Shown: piece after piece, positions 25,986 to 37,900 of the stretch
How positions within the stretch are numbered: position 1 is the first letter of the stretch
Layout of the letters: each line of letters begins with the position of its first letter
From: Malacoraja senta
Lineage: Eukaryota
Length of the DNA: 64,000 nucleotides
Reading direction: 5' to 3'
Assembly (NCBI GenBank): GCA_038087875.1
Contig: JAXLNO010005853.1
Location: forward strand, 62,001-126,000
Notes under the pieces: model-generated
Told to the model about the DNA's origin: nothing
The model's database searches: none
The model's input: the letters and a program-made list of their open reading frames with translations, nothing else
Program-made: the position numbers and the translations under genes

Positions 25986-28900
25986 GTAAGTATCCTTTAA
26001 TAAGGAGCAGCAGTTGGTTTTCTGGCTGCTTCACTGTGAGTGAAATGATTAACTGTATGAGATAGACTTGTGTGTCCGTGGAAACAGAGCAGGATCAGTC
26101 TTTTGATGCTGTACTTAAGGTGAGGCAGTCTTCCAGAAAGGGAGTATGTGTGTGTGTGAAGACATTTAATACAAACATTTTACAATACAGTAAAGGATGG
26201 GTTTGAGATTATAATGCTGGTGTCAGAGCAGCTGGGGAGGTTGTGTTTAGTTGTCGAACCCACACCTGGATGAAGATATTAGCCCTTGAGAGGGGGTGAA
26301 GGGCATTGTGTCCTTGGCATAAAGGTGAGAAAGGCAACGTTGATGAGAAATATCTATTCTGAGAGTAATGCACCTATAGAATTATCAAGTTCAAAGTAGT
26401 TCAAGCCAAGCCACCTCTTGTCTTCAGGCAAGGAGCTGGATATTTTCCTGGGCTAGAGAAATCTGGCAAGGAATGGGACAAAGTTCAATTCTGTATTGAT
26501 TTGGGTTTAAGAGCCATAATCATATTGACGGTTGACCAGGCTTGAACAGCCGAATAGCTTCCTGTGTTGCTCTGAATGTCTTTGCTCTCATTGTTGATTC
26601 TGATCCTAATCAAATTGGGTTTGGTTTATTATTGTCACATGTACTGAGGTTCAGTGAAAACCTGCACCAGGGATAATACCTTTCCCAAAATAACATCTCA
26701 TATGCTAAGAATGAAATGTTATTGAGATCTTCCATATACCTTGCAGTGGCCACAAACATTTGTTTATACGACACTTCCTCTGTATGTGTAATGCTTTATT
26801 CTTTACTCTATTTGTTTTCTCTAATGCACTATGTGATGTAATCATGAATGGTACAATTTAGCCGGATAACACACAAAATAATTTTTCGCTTATCTCAGCA
26901 CACATGAAAATAATAAACCAATACTAATTTTCCTCAATCAGTATTACCGCCCCATCTAAAATATCCCTTCCCTCTCCATTATCAATACCTGTAGCCAGGA
27001 CCATTAAATGTCTGATCCTGCCCGGACTCTGCTTCATTTTCCCATATAGATATTTCTACCTATTAATAACCAGGCTCACTCACATATTTACTACTTTCCT
27101 GCTATCTGCCACTCACAATCTTGGTGCACATTATATCTCTTTTCTGTTGCCACACACTAGTAATAGATACTGATCCATTACTTTGCCTGTTTGGCTCAAA
27201 CTCTTCCTCGTGCACCAATAAATTTCCCTACTACAACTGTCCCAGTGAGGCTGAGGTGCAACCCATTGATCTTGGAGACGTCTTTCCTGCTGCAGAACTG
27301 GTCCAATGCCACTAGAATTTAGAGCAGAAACGAGAAAGTCATGGAAATTAGTGCAGTAATTAAAATGTCCCGAGCATCGCAGTAACCAGAATTCTTGTGG
27401 ATTAGCACAGCAACTAGAATATCACAAGAATTGAGCAGTAATTCAGCTCAAAAATCAATCCATGGCTCCACAGCCCCAGTTTCGACCCTTCACCGAAACA
27501 CTGAAGGCAACTTAGAGTAGTCTGTTAATTAACGATGCGCATCTTTGGGATGTGGGGAAACAACCTAAGTAAGAGAAACCCATACAGTTATAGGTGGAAA
27601 GTGCAGACTACACACAGCATCCGAGGGCAGGATTAAACTGTGAATCCCAGGAGTTGTGAGTTAGCAGCTCCACGAGCTACTCCACTGTGCCAGCTGTGTA
27701 CATCCTCGATCAGTGGTCAGGTACTTCCCTAGTGGGATCTTTCTGTGCACTACTTGCCTGTTGCATTCCCATCGCTACTTCACCGGCAACACTTCAAACC
27801 TGTGAAGCATTATGGGACCATCCCCTGACAGTGAGGGAAGTGATGTAAATGCAAGGTCTCTCCTGGACAGCAGCTTAAAGCTGTGAGAGATGTGGCTCCA
27901 GTGAAGAGCCAGCACAGCCCGGAGAAGGGGAACCACTGTTAGTGTCACAGTTCACCTCTCCCATTTCTCACAGCTCACCACGTGGTGAGGGTGACACACA
28001 ACACAGCAGCATCGCAGTTCAACCGCCTTCCACAAGGGCAGGGGACCCAGGGTGGGCGCAGCCTCCTACAGTGACTGTGGCCCTCAGTTTAGTCTTAACG
28101 TTACATCTCTGTGTCTTCACAGGCAACAGTATAAACGGTTGGACCATGGAGACACCGGACAATGTGATGGGGAGGGAGGGGAAGCTGGTGGTTCTGTACT
28201 GCAAGTTCACTCACCCTAACCATCAATACAAAGGCAAAATAAGCATCATCTGGAGTGAGTGGAAGACCCAGAAGATCTTTTTCAAATACACAAATTATCG
28301 ATCAAGCGGCAAGTATATTAATAACATCCTGGATAATGTAGAAAACCGCTACAAACCAATGGGGAACCCTCGGAAGAACGATGCTTCCCTAATCATTAAT
28401 CAGCTGAGAACGACGGATACAAACAAGATCCTCAACTGTCGTGTTGAGCTCACGGGAAATGCAGGAAAGTTAGGATGCCAACATGGGAAAATCACAGTAT
28501 CAGGTGAGGAATTATTGTGCTGCAAACAAACAATTTGTCTTCCTCCCTGCTTCCTGTGATTCCGATGATACTGGCATGGCTGGTAATTGTTCAAGCTGCT
28601 GACTTGTTGGGTATATCACTGGGAGATCATGCCCTGGTTTGACTGCCTAAAATACAACACGTTGCACTAAACTGAATTTAACTCTATTAACCATCCCTCA
28701 ACCACTTGCCCCACTGATCAAGATCCTGCTGTAGTTTGTGATAACCATCTTCACTCATACTCCTCATTTCTGCCTTGACCATGATGTACAGTCACTGTGG
28801 AATGGGGGTGATGTCATTGCCACATCTGGCCTGCTGTTATAGTCACATATTATGTCTCCTCCAGTTAAGTTTCAGATATTGGTATTGGTTTATTATTGTC

Positions 28901-31900
28901 TGGGGCACTGAGATACAGTGACATTTTTCCGAGTGCTATCCAGACAAATCATACCATTGAGGCACTAGAAACTGCAGATGCTGGAACCATGAGCTAAACA
29001 CAAAGTGCTGAAGACACAGTGGGTCAAGCAGCATCGGTGGAGGAAATGGACAGGCAATTATCCGGGTCGGTTCCCTTCAAACTGATGGAGTAGTAGGGAG
29101 AAAGTTGGGAACGGGGCAAAGCTTGCCCAATGATAGGTGGATGGAGGTGGGGGGTGGGCACGGGGGAGGTGCTTATCAGATGGATGGACAGTGATAATGG
29201 CGAGTGGTGAAAAGGAAACATAAAAGGTGTCAGACAAGGAAACAAAATGTAAAGGTGGAGGTAAATGGGTGGAATGGGCCTGGGGAGATGGGCAGGGGAA
29301 AGACTTGTGATAGAAGGAATTATGGGATTCAAGGATGGGAGATGAATACGGGAGAAGGAGCAGTGTGACAGGGATAATGGGAGCAATGTGTACACAGTGG
29401 GCTGGTAGGGGGGGGGGGGGAGGTATTACTTGAACTTTGAGAGTTCAGTGTTCATACGGTTGGGTTATAAGCTACTCAAGCTGACCATGAGCTGCTGTTC
29501 TTCCAGTTTGCGTCTGCTCTCACACTGATAATACACAAGGCCAGTGACAGTCAGGTCAGCGTGGGAACAGAAAGAGGAGTTAAAAAGCTTGGTAACCAGG
29601 AGCTCCAGCAGGCCTTGGCAGACTGAACACAAGTATTCATCACATTGGGGACACATAATGCAATAGATGAGGTTGGAAGAATCATACCTTAGATGTGTGC
29701 ATCAGGCACTGTAAAAGAGAAAATAAACAAAGTGGAGAATGTAGTATGACAGCTACAGTGAAAGCGCTACTAAAGAATAGTGCAAGCGTTTAACGCGGTA
29801 GATTGGAAGATTGGGTAATTCAACCCCAGCATTTGTGAGGTCCATTCAAGACTCTAACAATAGGTAAGAAGTTGTTCTTCCATCTGGTGGTAACTACTGT
29901 CAAGTGTTTGTATCTTCTGGGTGTGAGAATGTCAGGGTATTAGTTGTCCTTGATAATGTTGGTTACTTTCTCGAGGCAGCATCAAGTGTAGAATGGTGAA
30001 ACAGAGAATCAAAATTGACCCTGGCAGATTGGAGAGACAGCATTTGTTCAGGCAGTGTTAGTGAACAGGTAGGGGTAGTCCCGGGTTTTTAAAACAATGC
30101 TTCGACTATTACGTGAAATGGGAGAAGGAGTCAGGCACACAGATGCTCGAACCAACTCTCATCCATTAAATCATGGCTAATTCTGGACCTTGTTCATTCA
30201 CTGAGAGATCCCCCAGACAGTGGTCTCCATGAGACCCAGAAAAACTGTGGACCTTTAGTTTGAACTTACTCAACTACTTTTTATCCACAGCTTCTGCATA
30301 ATGTGGATTGCTTGATTGTAATCATGTATAGTCTTTTCGTTGACAGGTTAGCATGTAATAAAAGCTTTTCACCGTACCTTGGTACAGGTGACAACAAACT
30401 AAACTCTGGGATGGAAAATTCAGTAGGTTCACAAACATTCTTGGAGGGAATTTCTTGACCTCTGTCCTGAATGTCTGACTACTTTTTCCAAATCCCTGAC
30501 CTGTGGTTTTTGAAACATAAGCAGGAGGAAAGAAACTTTCCACAAGTACTTGTGAAGTAAGTAAATAAATAAGTAAGTAAGTTTATTGGCCAAGTATTCA
30601 CATACAAGGAATTTGCCTTGGTGCTCCGCCCACGTAACAACATGACATACAGTGACAGTTACGAATTACTCAGAAAACACTAAACATTAATAATAATAAA
30701 ACATTAATGTTAAAACACCATTGATCAAGCATGTGAACCAACAAAATACCAGATCAAAGGGAGGCATCAGATTTTTGGTTGTTTAAAGCAACTACTCGTG
30801 GATAAAAACTGTTTTTATGTCTGGCTGTGGCAGCTTTGACAGTCCGGAGTCGCCTTCCAGAGGGAAGTGATTCAAAGAGTTTGTGGCTAGGGTGAGAGGG
30901 GTCAGAGATGATCTTGCCCGCTCGCTTCCTGGCCTTCCTGGAATCTATCTATTCCCCAGAGCCGTCTGACCATTGACATCCATCAGTCCCAGTCCCCCAT
31001 TCTTTCCACACAATCCCCCAAATTACACCAGTCAGGTGTGTTTAATAGTCATATGCACTGGGGTTAGAACAATACAATTATTCATTGCTGCAACTTTGCA
31101 GGCACATTGATGCAACATATAATTAGGTATGTTACAAAACTTACCTTCAGTCGCGGTGTAATTCTGCCACTGGCCGTGTGCGCGATTTTGGCGCCTTTAA
31201 GGGGGGGCGGGTTTCTCCTCCCTTGTCCTGGTTAATATTTTGTTGGAGTACAAGCCTTGGCTGACAAATCGTTCCTACCGGCGTTTTGTGAATTTTTTAT
31301 TTTTATTAAATCGTCAATGTCAGCGCTAGAGTAATTTTAAAAGCAGCTCCTGAAGCGTCAACGCCGGTAACGGGGACGGATTTCACACACGGGACAGGTA
31401 AACGAAAGTGGTTTCTTTAAATGTATAAAAGTGCTTCTTAAGAAGCCTTTAATTCACATTTTTTCATGCGACACGGTGATTTTATTCCCCGAATTAACGG
31501 CAGTATTTTTCATGCCAATACGGGGTTAAATTCACCGCAAATGAACGTTCCAAAAGATCGCGTTCCAGAAATCCTCACTCGCAAGATGAATTAAATGCCC
31601 ATTAATTTACAGGTATTAAACATTCAATTCCTTCTGTTTGGCCTGTAAATTCATGAAAATTAGATTTAAAAATTATGTTATATTGTGAATTAGTGTGTGA
31701 ATGTTATTTGGACACTTAGGCTATTTAAAAATGTTAATCTATTCTTAAGAAATTGATAGATGTTTAGATCTAGTAATTGAATTTTGTAATTAGCTACAAT
31801 TAGGTAACTAACTAATTATATGCTTTACTTTCATGTCTTCGAAGTAAGATTGTTTCATATTTGTTTCAGAATGCTTCAATCTATAATAACTGAAAATTTC

Positions 31901-34900
31901 TTTCAGTTATCATAATTTTTAAGAAAGTTATCGGCTTTTAACTGTCCTCGATCACAGCTTTTGTGTTAAGTCAATGGAAAAGCAATAGGGAACTAGATGC
32001 TAATTTCTGAGTATGATAATGGCCATAACTTTTTTAATACTGAAGATATGAAAGTGAATTAAGTGTTAAATTAAACTTATTTTTATGCTTTATCTGATGG
32101 GATAAATTGCAGACTTTATTTTTAAAATCTCAAAATTTTGTAATATTGCTAATATAATAATTTCACAACAAACAATAATAAAATATTTGTTATACATGGT
32201 AAAATCATTTGAATAACATTTGAAGTACTTGGTGTAACCTTATACAAAGTACATAATAGTTTGGTGCTCAGTCTTGGTTCAAGAGCCTGATGATGCAACA
32301 ATGAACCTAAACACAACCAAACTTCAGCACTGATCTGTTATGGATGAATAACAGGATTGCTGAATCACAGTTCAGGAGGGAGATCTATAGTGATATCAAA
32401 ACAACCTGTTTAATGGTAAGATTGTCTTCTTGAACCTGGAGATAATGGTTCACATTTCCTGTACCTTCTACCTGGCAGTAGCAACAAGAGGAGATCAAGC
32501 CGTGTTCTGTGCAACTGTGATATTGGCTGCCCACCTGAGGCAACACCTGTAAGTCCTTTCATTGTTGTGGAGGTTGAAATCCATGATGGACTGGGCAATG
32601 TCTTTCTGCAGCCTCCTTGGTTTTTGGGGCATTCTGGTTACCAAAGGAGGCTGTGAAGTAACCAGTCAGTATGGTCCACGGTACACCTGTAGAAGTTATA
32701 GTGCATTTGGTGATGTGACTCAAACATCTGAGGAATTGGAAGAGCTGATGAGCTTACTTTGTGATTGCATCAATGTACTGGGCCCTGGAAAACTCAGTGA
32801 AGTGCATGTCCAGGAACTTGAAGCTCTTCACTCTCACCACTGTCGTGCTCCCAATGATAACAGGTTGATGGAATCTAGGTTTTCCCTTCCCCAAGTCAAC
32901 AATGAACTCCTTGGTTTGGCTCAAGTTCACAGCAAGATCATTGTTCTGGCAGCACTCAACCAGATTATGGGTCTGCCTCCTGTACATTGACTCATCATTA
33001 TCTTATATTCATTCAACAACAGCAGTATCGGCAATCTCTCTATCTGAAGCATTGTTTGAATCTACCAACGTCACAGGCAGTGAGGCCCTGGATTAATGAA
33101 ATGTACTTTGCATCATTTTTGCTTATGTTCATGACAATTTAAATCTGTCTCCTTGTCTTCAAAACTAGTTGTTATTGTGTCCACTTCAATCGAATCTCAT
33201 CTCGACTTTCCAAGAAGACTGAACCAGCTTTTCCAGTCTAACCCTGGAGGTGACTCTGAAGGAACTTTTATGCATCCTCTCTCATCCTTGACATCCTGGA
33301 GAGTGATGACTGGAATTGGAAACAAATCTCTTGTAGTTGAACAGGTTCAACACAGCCTTCACCCCTATATTTACTCTTATTCACTTACCAAACAAGTGAC
33401 CACAACAGCCGATCACCAGGGCAATCCTGTCCCCAACCTATCACAGATTCCTCCACCTTCCCACTTCTCTGCAACATAAAATACATGTCTTTATTGTAAC
33501 TTTTCCCATCAACCTGACAATCATCTGTTTCTCTCCTGATTTGTTCTGTTTTATGGCAATGTAGCTATCGTAATCTTGTACTTCATGCTTTCATCATTGA
33601 GCCCAGCGTCTCTCACTTCACTAACCATTGCCTCAATGTGTCACATTTGTTTTATTTAACTGTGTCTTGTAAGTTCTCCACATGTTCCATGGAACCCTTG
33701 AGCATTGTTCTGTTTAACTATCTTATCTTCATTTCTGTGTAGGTATTATCACTCGGTGTGTGTCTGTCAATATTTATCACACACACCTTCTCCACCTTTT
33801 CATATTCCATCTGCAATCTTGTTACATTCGATGGAAAATGAACATGTAGTACAACATGCAGTAGAAAACGTAGTAGAGGTATACTACATCCACCAGATCC
33901 TTCCTTATCAATCCTGCTAGATATATTGTCCACCCTAACCCTAAACTCCACTTACATTGACAACAGAACTTCCCCTTCATCAAGAATTAAAACATAAATT
34001 GCTGTAAAATGAATCAGGTCTGAATGCAGAGTCAATTGGAGGAGCGACAATATCCATGTAGGAAGGTGTGTTGCTGCCACTTAGGAGGGTTTAATCTAGT
34101 TTGGCAGAAGGTTGGGAACTGGAGCAGGTGGAGGAATTGAATGGGATGTAGACTTCAGCTTAAGACTGATCAGAAGGGCTGGCAGGGCCAGGTTAATGAA
34201 CACAGTGGAACTGATGGGCTGAAGTGTGTTTATTTCAATGCTATGCGTATTATGTGTAAGGCAGATGAATGTAGAGTTTGAATTAATGCATGGAAATATG
34301 ATGTTGTGGCCATTAGAGTTTTGGTGAGCGAGGGGCAGGACTGACACCACAATGTTCCAAGGTTTTAGGCGTGATTTAGCAACATTGTAGGTTATATAAA
34401 AATACAAGCAGGTCACCTGCAATTATTCAAGTTGATTTGAGAATTCTGCATATTATTTATAAAGAAGATGAAGTTACATTTACAGTTACATTTCACCGCT
34501 CTAGAGCAGCGCAGGAGGGTCAGGGACAGATGGGTCAGAGTGGGAGTGGGATGGAGAAACATGGTCACAGATGTGTAGGAAGGAACTGCAGATGCTGATT
34601 TATACCGAAGATAGACACAACATGCTGGAGTAACACAACGTGCCAGGCAGCATCTATGGAGAAATGGAATAGATTCTTCTTCAGGTCTGAAGAAGGGTTC
34701 CATTCTGAAACATCACGTACTCCTTTTCTCCAGAGATGCTGCCTGATCCGCTGAGTTACTCCAGCATTTTGTGTCTATCAACATGGTCACAGACACAGGT
34801 GAAGTATTGATGAAGAAAATGTGGTTAATGCATTCGACCAATGAATGATGTCCATATTTTAAATCATTCTCTATACGAGGTGATGTCAGCGCATCCATGG

Positions 34901-37900
34901 TGATCGGAAAGAGAGGAGGTGGTGCCACACTGAGATGCACCTTCAGCCCCTCGAGCGCAAAGAGCAGGGTGATCACTATCCTCTGGATGAAGGGGACTCC
35001 ATGGGAAGAGTCCGTTGTCTTTAATCATACCCGCTCCGACCCCACAAGCAGTCATGGCACTGACAATGTATATAGAGGAGGTCGATATGAGCTGGTGGGA
35101 AACCTAGACAAGGGAGACGCCTCCATCAGAGTGAGGGGACTCACGTTGAATGACACCAACAACTATTTCTGTCATGTTTGGATCTGGAAATCCCCTCAGA
35201 ATATTCAGGTGACTCAGGATGAGACGGAACTACAGGTTTTGGGTAAGGAAACAGTCAGTGTTGAGGAGTAAATGATAAAATCACATTGAACAACGGTGAG
35301 AAGAATCAGCTTCGTTCTGTTTCCTCTCTGAATATTTCACTCCATTCCCCTGCTGGGTCTCTTTCAAATCTTCACCCCTTCCTGGTTCTCCCCCTGCACC
35401 AATGAATAACAGTGAATGTAATTTACTTTTATCCCTCTCTAGGCTTCAGCCACCATCTTGGAGCGATGGTGATAATGTATCTGGAGATACCTGTGTGTGC
35501 GGGAGGGAATGGACAGGTTGATCATTTCAGCTGCCGTTTATTGAGTCTACTTTCTTGTGATTGGCTTCACTTTCTAGTGGTTCAACATAGGTGAACATCA
35601 CGTCTAATCTCCATTGCTGGTGTTCATGGGAGAATCATGGGACCTCCAGTGACATTGTTGTCAGCCTCTGGTTCTGGTAATGGGGGAGGGGAGAAGAGAG
35701 AGTAACTCGGGTGTGAGTGATCCTTGATTATGTTGGCTGCTTTCCCAAGGAATAAATGCAGTTGATGGGCGGGGGAACGAGGGAAAACCTTTTATTCAAT
35801 CTACATGGTTAATCCTGAGCTTTCTGTTGCTTGTAATTTTAATCATCCATGCAATTCCCCCTCTGACTATTTTTTGTGACTTCCTTATAACCAGTCTCAT
35901 GCAATTTGAAGAACAGGGCTCACTGCATCATTGCAGACTCCATTGAATTCAAGAATTTTGGATGATACATTTTCTCTCTTTTATCAGTAACCAGTTCTAC
36001 TGAAGATAAGCAAAATGGAATATTAATCAGTTATTCTCTCAACGATTATTGCAACTTAAAATAAATTAGCTGAAGTTGCAGAGGTTGTATAGAGGGGTGT
36101 TGATGAAATTATCTGGTTGATAAATTAAGGAAGGTAACTGGAGACAGAGAACACAAACAAAGATATAAACCAGAGCTGCAAAATGCACGTCAGAGCTGCA
36201 AGAAACACCCAGCAGATCAGGCAGTGTCAGTGGAGAGAGGAGAACTGAGTCAGTATCACAGATGGATAACCTGCTGTAGAACTTCTGATAAAAACAACGG
36301 GAAAGTTACCAGAAATTGATGTATTCAATGTTGACTCAATGGTTCAATGGGTCAACCTTGAATAGAACAATTTCTGGTGATTTGCCCGCTGTTTGTATCA
36401 AAACTGGCGAGTTCTACAGCATCTGTGATACTGACTCAGTTCTCCTGAAGAAGAGTCACGACCCGAAACGTCACCCATTCACTCTATCCAGAGATACTGC
36501 CTGCCCGCTGAATTACTCCAGCATTTTGTGTCTATTTTCGGTTCAATGGTTTCTTTATTATCACATGTACCAAGTACAGTGAAATACATTTTTTCATACA
36601 GATCAGTAAGAATATCACCTTACATCAATAAGCACAATCCCCCCGGTTAGTACATAATATACAGAAGAACCCACTGAGTCTGGGCAACAGTTGCCATTTT
36701 GCACCATTTTACAGTCCTCGTTGCAGTGGCCACAGAGGCCCATTGCAGCCACCCCCTCCATTCCAGTTGTCCTGGAATATTGACCCTCACCTTGCACAGC
36801 CCTCTTCAGCCCTTCTTCCCCAGGGGAGGTGTGCGGTGGGGGGGTTCCTCCCGCAGATGTGATTAAGGCGCGGAAGTTAAAAAACGCCACCACTCCTAAT
36901 TCGGTTACCCAGGCCTTTTCTGGTTGGCTGCCAGTTACTAGCAGAGTTCCGCAGGGCTCGGTGCTGGGGCCGCTGGTCTTCACGCTGTATATTATTGATT
37001 TAGATGAGGGGATTGAAGGCTTTGTGGCTAAGTTTGCGGATAATACGAAAATAGGTGGAGGGGCAGGTAGTGCAGAGAAAGCAGGGACTCTGCAGAAGAA
37101 CTTGGATAGGTTTGGAGAGTGGGCAGAGAAGTGGCAGACGGAAAAGTGTTGAAAAGTGTGGAGTCATGTATTTTGCTAATAGGATTAAAGGCGTTGATTA
37201 TTTTCTAAATGGAGAGAGACTCCAGAAATCGGAGGTGCAAGGCGACTTGGGAATGCTGGTGCAGGTTTCCCAAAAAGTTAATCTGCAAGTCGAATCAGTT
37301 GTAAAGAAAGCAAACGCAATGCTAGCATTTATTTCAAGAGGGCTTATATACTAAAGTAGGGATGTAATGCTGAGACTCTTTCAGGCGCTGGTCAGGCCAC
37401 ATTTGGAATATTGTGAGCAATTTTAGGCACCATATCTGAGGAAGGATGTGCTGGCTCTGGAGAGGGTCCAGAGGAGGTTCACAAGAATGATCCCAGGAAT
37501 GAGTAGGATAACATCAGATAAATATTTGACGGCACTGGGCCTATGTTTGCTGGAGTTTAGAAGAATGAGGGGGGACCTCATTGAAACAGACAGAATAGTG
37601 AAAGGCTTGGATGTGGGGAGGATGTTTCCACTAGTGGGAGAGTCTAAGATGAGCAGTTTTAGCCTCAGCATTAAAGGACGTTCTTTTAGGAAGGAGATGA
37701 GGTGGAATTTCGTTCGTCGGAGTGGGTTGAATCTATGGGATTCTTTGCCACAGAAGGCTGTGGAGGTAAAGTCAGTGGATATATTTAAGGCAGAGATAAA
37801 TAGATTCCTGATTAGTGCGGGTGTCAGAGGTTATGAGAAGGCAGGAGAATTGAGTTAGGAACGATAGATCAGCCACGATTGAATGGCGGAGTAGACTTAA

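Noticed and set aside
28504-34879. A C2/TM exon or second leader in the V1-V2 intron
   Set aside because: I found no homology to the terminal exon and no hydrophobic ATG exon with a donor; the intron is mostly TE fragments.
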